This document shows, piece by piece, positions 27,725-40,220 of a stretch of DNA of 60,667 nt (positions are counted from its first letter, which is position 1; each line of letters begins with the position of its first letter). Origin of the DNA: Girardia tigrina (lineage: Eukaryota). Below the pieces are notes generated by a model, which saw only the letters and a list, made by a program, of their open reading frames with translations, ran no database searches and was not told the origin of the DNA. A program made the translations under genes and the position numbers. Location: the NCBI GenBank assembly GCA_001938485.1, contig MQRK01233013.1, positions 12,265-72,931 on the forward strand, written 5' to 3'.

Positions 27725-28372
27725 TTTAGGATAATATATTTCGACAGTTTAACCGTCATCGTCAAATCACTGATTATGTTCTTTTTTATTGCTTTTATAT
27801 AAGAAATGAATGATTATATAATCACTTACGTAAGTCTAATCGAAAACTCTTAACAAATTAGTTGAGAGTGCTGTTTGAACATTGNNNNNNNNNNNNNNNN
27901 NNNNNNNNNNNNNNNNNNNNNNNNNNNNNNNNNNNNNNNNNNNNNNNNNNNNNNNNNNNNNNNNNNNNNNNNNNNNNNNNNNNNNNNNNNNNNNNNNNNN
28001 NNTTATGCTCAGCAATATTACTCTTTCCCCCTTTTTGATTGTGTTCTTGGACTCGTTTGCAGAGATGACGGGCAGTCTCTCCGATGTATGTGGCATTGCA
28101 CCCATTACATGTGTATTGATAGTCAATGTCCGAACACAATCCTAAAGGAGTATGTTATTTATTGCAAAACATATTCTCAACTTTAAATGATTGAGAAATA
28201 ATTTTTAAATTTAAAATGTTATCTGTTGATTTCAAGATCGAATTCTTGAGGTGTTTAAAACCCTCGGAGTAAGGTAAGCCTAGAGTATACCCGGGTGTAA
28301 ATCAGTTTTCAATGTTTAAACTATTAATTTTTTCATTTTTGATTTTTTCTTTTTCGATTATTTTATCTACAC
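27725..28372 (-). mobile_element. Inverted 3' segment (pLTR) of the adjacent Penelope-like element
   Basis: 28003-28372 is the reverse complement of 29409-29613 + 30290-30430; YQYTCNGCNATYIGETARHLCKRVQEH; hammerhead at 27769-27730. Confidence 0.85.
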
Positions 28373-30430
28373 CTACGAATATTTAAACAAAAATTTAAAA
28401 CAAAACAATAAAGATTTTTGTATTTTAAAAAATATATCTAAAAAAGATATCAGTGTTAGTAAATTTGATAAAGGTAATGGATTTGTTATCTTGGATAATT
28501 TAGAATACATAAATAAAATGAATAATGTTTTAAATTGCCACAATTTCTTAAAATTGATAAATTTAGAAAAAAATGGAAAATTACCTCCAATGAAAGATGA
28601 AGAATACTTGTTCTTGTTGTTATAAAACCTTTTAAATGATGGACACATTACGAAGGATGTTTTTGACTTACTTCATGTGTCTGGTTCTCAACCAGCAAAA
28701 TTATACGGTCTTCCTAAAGTACATAAAGATGGAGTTCCAATGCGACCGATTCTATCTATGATCCGTACGTTTCAGTACAATATTGCTAAATATCTAGATA
28801 CGAAGATAAAATCTTTCATTCCTAATGATTTTATTTGTAAGGACAGTTTTGATGCTACTTCAAATGTCTATTTTCTATTTAATGGTGAATGGTACAAACA
28901 AATAGATGGGGTTGCAATGGGTTCACCATTGGCTCCGACGTAAGCCTCTATATTTCTTTCTTCCATTGAAGAAAAAATAGAATTGTTTTTGGGGAAAAAA
29001 CCACTACTTTATAAGAGATATGTGGATGATATATTTCTAGTCTTTGAATCTCGAGAACATGTGTTTCCTTTTCTAGATTACATGAATTCGATTCATCCAA
29101 ATATAATCTTTACAGTAGAACAGGAAATAAACGGAAAANNNNNNNNNNNNNNNNNNNNNNNNNNNNNNNNNNNNNNNNNNNNNNNNNNNNNNNNNNNNNN
29201 NNNNNNNNNNNNNNNNNNNNNNTACACCTCCATAAACAGTTTTTGTGAGTTTAAATATAAAAGGAATATGATCAAAAGTTTGTTATACCGCTCTTGGTCT
29301 CTTTCTTCCACGTTTTCAAAATCTATTAAAAGTATTGATACATTGAGCAAGTTATTGAATAATAACGGTTACTCTAAGTCCATCATAGACAGACTCACTT
29401 GTGAGAATGTGTAGATAAAATAATCGAAAAAGAAAAAATCAAAAATGAAAAAATTAATAGTTTAAACATTGAAAACTGCTTTACACATGGGTATACTCTA
29501 AGCTTACCTTACTCCGAGGGTTTTAAACACCTCAAGAATTCTATCTTGAAATCAACAGATAACATTTTAAATTTAAAAATTATTTCTCAATCATTTAAAG
29601 TTGAGAATATGTTTGTTGAGTGTTAGTTGTGTTTTATTATATTCAAGAAGAAAAGTCTGGTTTTATTTATAAAATTTATTTTGTATGTACAATTTATTAC
29701 AATTTTTAATAAGCTAAAGATGTTGAAAGAACAGAGTTTATTTTTCCCCTGGCTGATTTTATATTTAAACTTCGAGAGTCTTTAGCGACAACTCGAATAA
29801 CTGTATTTGAAAAGTTTAGAACGCACTTTCCAGCACGTTTATATATCTATATATATTTACATATATAATTGATATGATAAATTTAAAAATCTTTTTCAAA
29901 AAAAATTACTTTTTTTAAGAAATTATTTCAATGTTTTAAAATATTTGTCAAAAACTTTTCAGTTTTATTTTATTTTATTAACATCTATTCATTTTTTTCG
30001 ATCTTTATATATATATATCTGGATGACGGATGTTTATCCAAAAAAAGTTTAAAATTATAATTAAGACCTTCTATATTATTATAGATCAATATTTGATCTA
30101 GTAAATTAACTGGATGACGGATGTTTATCTAAAAAATAATTATCCAAATTATAATGACCTTCTATATTATTATAAAAAATTAAAATTATAATTAAGGTCA
30201 AACTGACCTTCTATATTATTAATTAATTTTATTAATTTAAATTTTTTATATTTTTATTTATAAATTTTAAAATATTACCTCAACATGTTTTGCAATAAAT
30301 CACATACTCCTTTAAGATTGTGTTCGGACATTGTTTATCAATACACATGTAATGGGTACAATGCCACATACATAGGAGAGACTGCCAGTCATCTCTGCAA
30401 ACGAGTCCAAGAACACAATCAAAAAGGGGG
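28373..30430 (+). mobile_element. Penelope-like element, RT + GIY-YIG (interrupted by a solo LTR)
   Basis: KFDKGNGFVIL, LYGLPKVHK..PMRPILS, QIDGVAMGSPLAP, RYVDDIF, then VYQYTCNGYNATYIGET after the insertion. Confidence 0.92.
29614..30285. mobile_element. Solo LTR
   Basis: TGTTGAG..CTCAACA termini with a 4-bp TSD (TGTT). The empty site (gaatatgttttgc) is preserved in the inverted copy at ~28165-28177. Confidence 0.85.
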
Positions 30431-31153
30431 TGGAGCGGAAAATTGCCAATTTTGATCGAACATTTATTTTTGCCAGTCTCAGTATATAAATAATCTGAGA
30501 ATATTATCAACTGACTTTTCGATTTTTTCAAAGAATTGTGAGCAATTCTCATCCGATTTACGGAAACGTAACGCAGCTTCCAGATCTACTGCTAAATTTT
30601 TTTTGGTTTAAACGCTTTTCGGAGTCGGTCTTCAAATCCTTCAGTTGTGCTTTGGGTTTCTTCATATTGGGTTACTAATTCGATTGACAAGAATGCTTTT
30701 GTCAGAGTTTCCTGAAATTCTGGAGGCTGTTGCGTGAGCTCGAAGAATCTTTTTAATTCCAGAATAAAATTATCCAGGTCTCCGTTTCTCTGAAATGTTT
30801 CTGGTGGTCTGATAAAATTTTGTACTCTGGTCGTGGTCGCCATGTTAAAAGACAAGATGCTTTCCTAAGATATATTAAATAATACAATAATGAACTAAAC
30901 ATTCAATTGACATATCTTATATATCAGCACACCTCAATCCGGTTGCATAACTGGATTAGGGAGATCTGCTGGGTTAGCATCACATGATTGACACCGCACA
31001 CTATTACATGCATACATTATATCATCAAACTCTCAATCATGTTACTCAATTTCATGATTGAGTAATAATGATAATAATATGTTTATAATAATAATCTCAA
31101 TAATAATTAACAACCATAATAATAATAATAATAATAATTCACACATCCTTACA
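30431..31153 (-). mobile_element. Gypsy 5' LTR + PBS + gag
   Basis: LTR TGTAAG..TTAACA (31153-30843), PBS TGGCGACCACGA (complementary to a tRNA-Arg(UCG)-type 3' end), gag MATTTRVQNFIRPPETF.. Confidence 0.8.
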
Positions 31154-31811
31154 GGGTTAATTTAAATTTGTATCTCGCCAGAATAATTTAATATTTTTTT
31201 TAATTTAAAAGGTAAAATATTATAATGTTAATATGCTTGGTAAATATTTTTAAAGTAAAAATGATACAATAGAACAACTATTAAAAAATCAAATACGTAT
31301 TTAAAAATAAAATATTTTTTAATGTGTTTTTTAAATATTTTGAAAAAAATTAAAAATGATATAATAAAAGAAAATCATAAAAAATTAAATATCTATTTAA
31401 AAATAAAAAATATCTTTATAATGTATCTATTAAATATCTTAAAATTAAAAATGATAAGAAAACCATTAAATATTAAATATTTATTTATAAATAAAAATAT
31501 TTTTATTGTCATAACAATTTATATATTTTAATAGAAGTATTAAGCAATTTTAATAAATTTTAAAATAAATTTTTGGTTTTAATGTGAAATGTATTTAATA
31601 AATTTGCAAGAATTTTTAGTTTAATGTGAAACATATTTAATAAATTTGCAAGATTTTAAAAATTGAATCGAAAAGAATTTAATAGATTAATTTGTGGCGG
31701 GATAATTAAATTAACAGAAAAATTGTTTTAAATATGTGAATTGTTGTTATATAAATAAAGTTTCGTGTTAAAAAATGAATTCGGATATTGATGTTGCAAC
31801 CACCTCTCACA
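31154..31811. mobile_element. AT-rich LTR-like repeat related to 34573-35622; another fragment at 22588-22790
   Basis: Shares AATCGAAAAGAATTTAAT..AAATATGTGAATTGTTG..TTCGGA blocks and ends CTCTCACA. Confidence 0.6.
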
Positions 31812-32476
31812 TTAACCATTCATGAGTAATGCCAAGTCACTTGTTCTTATCACAAGTCTAGATAGTGAGATAACCTAGATCGCAACCCGGAACGACAAGT
31901 ACTGTTTACAATTCTATTTGTCTACGGGTTATTAATTAAAGTATCTATGTGAATACGATAATTTGATAATCTCCTTTGTCCAAATTTCAATATGAATTAC
32001 CTTAATTCTTTCAACATATCCCGACTGCGTTGTTGATACTATTGATCATTTTGTGTTTTAAAATATTCTTGCACTTACAATCCGGCTATCATTAATGCGT
32101 GGAGCCGCATGTATCAATCGGTGATCATTTTTGTTTTTCCATTTGGACCATGTGACTTCGCACATGTATTCGGAATGTACTTGCTTAGTAGTACTTGGCA
32201 GTAGCATATTCGTCAGTGTAAACGGTTTATAAGAAACTTTTCATTGATAAAAGTTAAAACCAAAAATCTTTCTGAAAGACAAAGGGTCTCACGAGTGGGG
32301 CTCTAGAAGTCACAGGGGACCTTGGCGTCTAAACTTAAAACAATGACTGTTTGATTCACCAGGGAAGAAGCAAAATGGATTCTATATATATATATATATA
32401 TATATATGTGTTAATTTTTTTTTCCTATATGATATATATTTAAAATATAATTTGATTAAAGCTTTTTTTATACAAT

Positions 32477-32520
32477 TATTGGACATGTTTCGATGTTTAC
32501 ATTCATCATCTTCAGCAATA
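32477..32520 (-). ncRNA. Minimal type I hammerhead ribozyme (Penelope-associated)
   Basis: TATTG CTGAAGA T GATG-aatgtaaa-CATC GAAA CATGTC CAATA: intact core, stems I and II, palindromic ACATGT in place of helix III, GUC cleavage triplet. Lies downstream of a PLE 3' end (32650-32790). Confidence 0.85.
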
Positions 32521-33449
32521 TTTTAAAATTTAGTATATGAATATTAAATTGTTTTAACGATTTTTAAAAGGTATATTAACTTTAAATGAAAAACATTTAA
32601 ATAAAAATTTATTTTATTAAAGTATTATTGGGTAATAATAGCAATTAAAATTTTAAGTATTGAAATAACCTTATTTTACCCATTCTGAATGTTAATTGAT
32701 GGGTTGTAGTGTTTTATTAGTAGAGTTTTCTGTTCTACAAAAGGGATTTGATTCACTTTACGAACGATAGTTTTGTGAATAACATCAACCTTTATAGATT
32801 CTATACGTAAAACATATAAGTAAAATTGTGTAAATATAGAGTTACTAGGAATTGGCTAATAAAATGGTAATAAAGTATGTGATATGATAGTCGAAAAGTG
32901 TAAGTGTGTGAGGAAAAGCTATATAAAGCTGTACAACTGGTCTCAGAGAGTGACCTCTTTGTGATTATATACACTAAAGATGGATAAAACCAGAAAAAAA
33001 TTGAAGTACAGCACATAACGTCTGTAAAAGAGCTAACTGAAAACGTGTTTCAGTTAACTCCTTTAACATAACAAAAAAATAAAGATAAATATAAAACTTT
33101 TATTTTACACAATATAAATAAACATATATAACAAAAAAATCACATACGAGAGAGAGAATGACATGGATAAATCTCGATTTCGATTAGTGTTTATTGTTCT
33201 AAGGTTTCAAAGGAACGATCTTCTGTTGTAACAATTTCGATGGAAACGTCAGAGAATCATTTGGTTGCACAACGAGAATTTGAGGAAATAGATATTATGA
33301 AGAGATGCATTTTCAAGGAAATATTGATAAATTGGTTTGCAGAAAATTCCTTTACGAACCGATGCTACAGGAAAATGTTTAGTAGGTAATATAATATAGT
33401 TGTAATCCGTAATATTAATGATTGTTTTTATTGATCCTCGTTTTATATA

Positions 33450-33481
<32 letters not shown>

Positions 33482-33544
33482 CAATTTTATATATAATTTA
33501 CTATATATAATTTATATAAAATAATTAATTGGGTTACTACAACG

Positions 33545-33920
33545 TCCATCAATAATCTGTACAACAGGTTCCAAGGAGCGACCTCTATAGTGTTTCTTGC
33601 ATGAAATAGGTTGAAAGCATATAGAAAGGGGAGTACAGTTAGATGGCTATAAAAATATATATAGATAACGCATCGATGGAGTATTTGAGTTCCCAGGGTG
33701 CGGACATAGTCGACCCTATACATGAAAGTGGGTAGGGTCGTCTAGTTAGAGAAGTTGTCTGGCCGAAATAGTAATAGTGCCTGCGTGTCGTGTGGAGACG
33801 TTCACTCAATTGAAGGGTGTGGGGGATTCCGCTAGTGAAAGAACCCCTGTGGAAATCAGGGCTTGTATTGATGACGGCTTCGACCCGAAATATGGTGTGA
33901 TTTAATGCATGTATGAATCA
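33545..33920 (+). pseudogene. Highly divergent LSU rRNA-like fragment (D3 region)
   Basis: ..ACAGGTTCCAAGGAG (~ACACGGACCAAGGAG) and GACCCGAAATATGGTG (~GACCCGAAAGATGGTG) in the correct order; internal stem CGACCCTA/TAGGGTCG. Confidence 0.55.
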
Positions 33921-34003
33921 GAGACTTTTCCTCACAGACAAAAAATATTACTATTTTATTTATTGAAAATATTTTTCAAAAATTATTTGAAATTATTATA
34001 AAG

Positions 34004-34291
34004 ATTGAAATTAGAATTTGCATTCAGGTCAAATGTCCCGAAGAAAGAATTATTGATCTTATAAAAACAAAAGATTATAACGAATACAATATGGTGTTAT
34101 TGAATGTGATCAATATTTCAGAACCTTCACCAGAAATGTTGAGTCTCTTTTTCTATGTGACCCGAGCAATTATTAGACACATTGATGATCCGCGTTATGA
34201 GAATAATGAAGATATTAAGAAAATATTTAAATTCTCCGAAAAGTATCTCGAAAAAACATTTTTGACCGCAATTCAAAAACATTGCAATTTA
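34004..34291 (+). CDS. Phase-0 exon, DH(RhoGEF)-like helical segment
   Basis: aaag|ATT..TTA|gtaagt, 96 open codons: EERIIDLIKTKDY..SPEMLSLFF..DIKKIFKFSEKYL. The acceptor is weak. Confidence 0.55.
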
Positions 34292-34572
34292 GTAAGTATA
34301 TTGTAAGCATATATTTTAACGCTTTTTACTGAGATTTATTAATTTAATGAATAAATAAATCAACTGTAGTGCATAAAAAAAACTGAAATATTATTAAATT
34401 ATAATAATCGGTAATCACATATAAGAATTTAAGAAATTTATGTGATTAAATATAGACAATCAATTTATAGTTTCATGCTGAAGTAGGGGTATCAGACATG
34501 TGTGACTCCACAAGGCTCATAGTTATTGGATTTTGTAAATGTGTTAATTTTTTATTCATATATGATACACAT

Positions 34573-35622
34573 TATGAGGGGTTAGTTTTAAGTTTTGCCA
34601 AAATAGTTTATTATTTTTTTTTAATTTGAAATATAAAAGAAATAAATTAAAAAATTAAAATGTAGAATAAAAATATGATAAAACAAATACTTATTTAAAA
34701 TGTTTACATTCATAACAATTAATATATTTTAATAAAAGTTATGGAATAAGTTTGAATAAATTTTAAAATAAATAATTAACGGATTAATATTTTAAGAAAT
34801 ATTTTTTTTAATAAAAGGGTTTATTGTAAATTTAAATTAATTAGTTTTTATGATTATGAGGGGTTAATTCGTAAGAATGTAAAATTATTTTACATTTTAA
34901 ATTTTGTAAAATATTTTTAAAAAATGTAAAATTATTTGAAGGTTTAAATTTTGTAAAATTTTTGTAAAAAATGTAAAATTATTTTTAAGGTTTAATTTTC
35001 GTAAATTTTCAAAATTTAATCGAAAGAATTTAATGAATTAATTTTGGGCGTGTAAGTAGCGTTTATGCCACTTTCATTATTATCACATTCTGAAGTCATA
35101 ATTTAACACCACAAAATTTATTAATATCAACAATTCACATACTTAAACAAATTTCTTATTAATAAGAAATTATTTCGCCCAAAATTAATTGACTAAATTC
35201 TAAAATTTACAAAATTTAAACCTTAAAATAATTTTACATTTTTTTGCCAAAATTCTACAAAATTTAAAACCTTAAAATAATTTTACATTTTTATACAAAA
35301 TTTTTTTTTACATTTTTTAAACTTATTCCACTTACAAAATATATTAATTGTTATTAATGTAAACATATTTAAATACGTATTTATTTTATCATATTTTTAC
35401 TCTACATTTTAATTTTCTAATTTATTTCCTTTAAATTTTCAAAATTAAAAAAATAATAAACTAATTTGGCGAAACTTAAAACTAACCCCTCCTAGGGCGA
35501 AATAATTGAATTAACAAGAAATTTGTTTAAATATGTGAATTGTTGATATTAATAAAATTTGTGGTGTTAAATTATGACTTCGGAATGTGATAATAATGAG
35601 AGTGGTATAAACGCTACTTACA
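34573..35622. mobile_element. Solo LTR-like element (TATGAG..CTTACA) containing an inverted copy of its own family
   Basis: 5-bp TSD CACAT; nested copy 35051-35494 with TSD GGGCG. Confidence 0.85.
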
Positions 35623-35799
35623 CACATGTCATTTTATATACATACTCATGTCATTAAATACATACTCATGTCATCACACGAAAAATGTATTATCTCTAAT
35701 ACGGTAAATGGCTTTTTAAAATTGTGAAAATTAACTCACGCATTAAATCAACGGAATTTATATTTCCTTATTTTCTGGATTCTCGTTTTCGCCATCACA

Positions 35800-36210
35800 C
35801 ACTCCCGTGATATCACCATCATAAATTTCGTAGTTGCTGAACCAATCAGGTACTCGTCAAACGCTCTTCGATCTTCGTGATTCCGGGACAAGACTAGGGT
35901 CGCTCATTTCTTCATCATCGTACGACGGCTCTCCTCTCGCGCGTGGTGATTCATCTTTGGCTTCTACAACTGTATCTGTAGTTGCGGGTTTTGATTTCGG
36001 TATCACGTGTCTTAAATCTGCAACATGCCTTGGTATTCAAACCACTTCGATCGATGTTTCAGAGTTGACTCATGACACAACTCCCTTCTTCCAGCAAGTT
36101 GTGCATCGTGTTTCACCCGGTTTCCCGTACACATGGTCACCTGGATTAAACTTAGTTCCGTGGTTTTGTTCTTCCTTTGGTGGCGCCATTGGGAACCGCC
36201 ATTCATAAAA
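35800..36210 (-). mobile_element. Gypsy integrase 3' tail + polypurine tract
   Basis: PGDHVYGKPGETRCTTCWKKGVV..PRHVADLR..RRSK; similar to the family at 23690-24240. Confidence 0.65.
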
Positions 36211-36289
36211 GAATATCTAATTACTAGGAAACGACTCGCTGCTCGTTCTTGTTTTTGATGTTATATTTTAATAAAACACCATATTTACA

Positions 36290-37400
36290 AAAATGGTAGA
36301 ATTGGTAGTGCGCAGTTGTAGTTCATGTCAGAAAGCAAAAACTTAAACAGGACCACCAAAAAAGTGACGAATTCGTTAATATGATCTTCTACCTTTGAGG
36401 ATGTTTACATGGATTTTTGTGGAACGATGTCTGTAATAAATGGAAAGAAATATATTCTAGGAATAATTGATAGGTTTAGTAGATATATTAGTTTGACTGC
36501 AGTGAGCAACCAAGAAGAAATGACAGTCATCAATAAGATTTTGAAACGTTGGATATTTAGATTCGGGTCTCCTGCATATTTCCATGTAGATCATGAGAAA
36601 GGTTTTTGAATCAAAAGTGTTTACAGATTTTACAAAATCCATGTTGATTAAACTTAAGTTTTCAAGTCCATATCATCACAGTGCAAACGGAATAATTGAA
36701 CGTCAATTCCGAACGGTACGAGATGCAATAAATGCCGCATTACAAGAAAGCAGAAAGGCAAATTGTTTGGAACTTTTACCAGAAATTGAGTTTAGTATTA
36801 ATGCGTCAAAATAAAGTAGAATAGGATACAGTCCTACGGAATTGATTTTATGGAAGCGTATAACTTTAGATGGCTCTCGTGAATATGATTTAGATAATAA
36901 GAAAAATAATAAGTGTAAGAAAAATGGAAATAGATAAATTTTCGGATGAAAAAGAAAAGAGAATATTCAACGAAGGGGATATCGTGCTTGTTAAGATAGA
37001 AAATAGACAAAAGGGTACAGATCGATATGAAGGACCATACAAAATTACTCGTAAAAGACATGACCGTAGTGGTGAGTTGATAAACAAATCAGGTCGAGTT
37101 ATATGCAGAAATATAAAATGGTTGAAACCTTTTAAAGAGGGGGGATTTGAGGATAATTAGATGTATATAAGTATTTATAATATCATAATTCTATTTCTAA
37201 TTATAATAGAAAATTATTATTATTAATAAATTAAATTAAATTAATTAATTAAATTATTTAAATTAATAAATTATTAATTATGATTAATAAAAATCATCTG
37301 TGTTTTAATATTCAGAAAATGTGTAACAGATTCAAATCTTTGTGTATTTAGTGAATTTTGTCAGAAATAATTTGTTTTAGTGCAAAAATTTAATTATTAT
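36290..37400 (+). mobile_element. Gypsy integrase, PPT and 3' LTR
   Basis: MDFCG..IIDRFSRY..HVD..SSPYHHSANGIIERQFRT..YEGPYKI; PPT AAAGAGGGGGGA at ~37135-37146. Confidence 0.88.
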
Positions 37401-38770
37401 GGTCATATTGCACTTTTTTAAATTAGTACCTTTTTTCTCTTTGGTTTTTGTATGCATGGGATTTTGTCAGTTTGGGATTTTTGTTTTGGGCTTTTGTCAG
37501 AATGGTATTTGTCCATTGGGCTTTAGTCATGTAACTAGTTATATCGCGCATACAAGCCGCAGCGTAACTGTCAAAAAGTGCATTTTAAAAAAACTCTGAG
37601 ACTTATGCGTGCTTGCGAGTTATCTGTGCAATAATACGGTAGTTTTATCTGTATCTATTTAAATGCATTTCTTTTTATTTGTTAATTTTATAATATATAA
37701 ACTTATCAAATTAATATTTTAATTATGCTCGAATAGTCAATTAATGTGAATACAAAGAAACAATTTCCATCTGGGCGGAGAATCACCATTTTAAGTTCAA
37801 AATACTCAAATCAACATACAGCATTCATACATTTACACATTCAAACAATTTAAAATATTCCTCACAGCATGTATAATTATTTTTTTCTCTTATGTTTCAC
37901 ATAATATGTGATTTTTCATTTTAATGCATAAATTAGAAATCTATAACGATGTAAATAACCAGAATTACACCGCTAAATCATTTTTATGGTTGATCGCTTC
38001 TTATAATGATGGTACAAATTTTGAAAACAATGGATCGGTTTTTGCTTTTTAATCTTCGTGCTTCGTTTCGAGAGGAATTTTTAACTTTGATTATATCATT
38101 CTATCATAACTGAAAGTTTTATTGCAAATCAAGCACATTGGATTTTTGTTATATGATGTCAATTCCATTAAACTTTGAATCAAGTAATTAATCAGTGACC
38201 GGAAGATGAAGATTGATCCGTCAAAATGTATTGCAATAAATACATTTTGAAATAGATAAATTTTGTTTATAATAAAAAATGTTAATCCAGCTTGATTTTT
38301 AAATGGTTTTTCTAATTGTTACATCTTTTTATGTAATTCAATTTGTTATCATCATTAAATATCCAGTCGTCATACTGGTATTTATGTAATAATTCTTTAA
38401 ATTATAATTCTTTAGTAATTCTAAATAATAGTTCTTTATTAATTCGGTATTTGTAAACCCATTTGATTAAATACTGAAATATGTTTCCATTCAGATGCAT
38501 TATTTGTCTAAATACGGGGAGGTAGAATGATGATATTCGAGCCATGTCCTTTCGAGTGGTTGTTCTTGACGCAACTTGCTGTTATAGGATTTTTTCATCA
38601 TACTCTATTTTCATGTTTTTTTTAATAAATTTTTTTTGAGATTTTATTTATTTTTTATACTGCTTGATTGTGCATTATTCTAAAGGATTTAATAATTGTA
38701 AGGAATTTAAAAGCAACTAGTAATGAATTAAACTTATATATTATTTCTCGATTTCGTAAAAATCAAAATA

Positions 38771-40045
38771 TTAGGTTGATCGAAAAATAATGGCGGTTTT
38801 TGAGCTTTATACTTTGTTTATCTACTTTTATCTACTATGTATATAAGTTTAAATGCATTAGTGTTAGATATTATTTGAAATCTTATGCCTAGCTGTATAT
38901 TCCTATAGCCATTATTAACATATTGCTGTTATTTTTTAGAATATTTACGGTGCTAAATTAATAATGGAGAAAATTAAAATTCAAGCAATTTTCTTGTACG
39001 AATTTAAACAGCAGAAACGGCTCACAATATCAATAAAGCGTTTGGAAAGGAAACAGCTTCTGAGCGCACAGAGCAACGATGGTTCCGAAAATTTTCTGAT
39101 GGAGATGAAAACCTTGAAGATGAAGAAGGTCGTGGTCGTCCAGTTGTTGTGAACAACGACAATTTGAGGACAATGGTGGAAACAGATCCCCGTACAACAA
39201 TCAGAGAACTTGCAGATGGGTTTGGCATTAGTCATTCAATAGTCCCGGATCATTTAAAACAATTTGGAAAAATAAAGAAACTTGAGAAATGGATTCCACA
39301 TGATTTGAATGAAAATCAAAAGAACCGACGCTATGAAATTTGTTCTGCCAATCATCTTCGCAATAAAAACGATCCATTTCTTGATCGTATTGTTACCTGT
39401 GATGAGAAATGGATCCTGTATGATAACCGACGTCGATCTGCACAGTGATTGGACAAAGATGAAGTACAGAAACACTTTCCAAAACCGAAACTAACACCCT
39501 GTAAGGTTATGGTGACAGTTTGGTGGTGTGAAGCTGGAATTATCCACTATAGTTTCTTGAATCCAGGTGAAACAATCACAGCGGAGAGGTACTGTCATGA
39601 AATTGATGAAATGCATAAAAAATTGAAAACCCTTTGCCCGGGATTGGTCAATAGAAAAAGTCCCATCCTTCTTCATGATAACGCTAGACCTCATATTTCA
39701 AAGTGACTCTTCAAAAGCTTAATGAGTTAGGCTATGAAACCCTGCTTCATCCACCATATTCACCAGACCTCTCGCCAACGGACTTCTACTTTTTCAGGCA
39801 TTTGTACAACTTCCTACGTGAAAAGATTTTCAAAAACCAAAATGATGCTCAAAATGCCTTCCAAGAATTCGTCGCTTCGAGAACCGATGCATTTTATGCT
39901 GATTGAATAAACAACTTGTTTCGTGTTGGCAAAAATGTATTGATGCCAACGGTTCATACTTTGATTAATAAACTTTTGTTTCTGTGAATTTGCACGTCTT
40001 TGAAGTTTGTGTCCCAAAACCGCCATTATTTTTCGACCAACCTAA
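38771..40045 (+). mobile_element. mariner (DD34D) transposon, full length, frameshifted
   Basis: TIRs TTAGGTTGATCGAAAAATAATGGCGGTTTT / AAAACCGCCATTATTTTTCGACCAACCTAA with TA flanks; WIPHDL, TCDEKW, HDNARPH, YSPDLSPTD. Confidence 0.95.
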
Positions 40046-40049
40046 TATC

Positions 40050-40220
40050 TAATAACAAGAATATGATATCTTTAACATTTGATATTGTTTATGAATGTAA
40101 AAGTAGTGGTGCGATGTTAATTTCATTGGAGAGACTGCCCGTCATCTCTGTAAACAAATTCAAGAACATAGTGAAAAATAGAGTAAGATTAATATTTGAG
40201 AAAATAGGAGAAAAATAAAT
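40050..40220 (+). mobile_element. Penelope-like GIY-YIG fragment flanking the mariner
   Basis: DIVYEC..FIGETARHLCKQIQEH across a frameshift. Confidence 0.65.

Noticed and set aside
30019-30222. Repeated CTGGATGACGGATGTTTATC and GACCTTCTATATTATTA units (hammerhead- or CRISPR-like)
   Set aside because: The core has an extra G and lacks GAAA; spacing is irregular and there are no cas genes. These are ordinary internal LTR duplications.
33868-33896. TTGATGA..GAAA hammerhead-like string
   Set aside because: Stem II is poor and stem I absent; better explained as the LSU GACCCGAAAGATGGTG motif.
35834-36208. 124-aa plus-strand ORF
   Set aside because: Antisense shadow of the Gypsy integrase tail.
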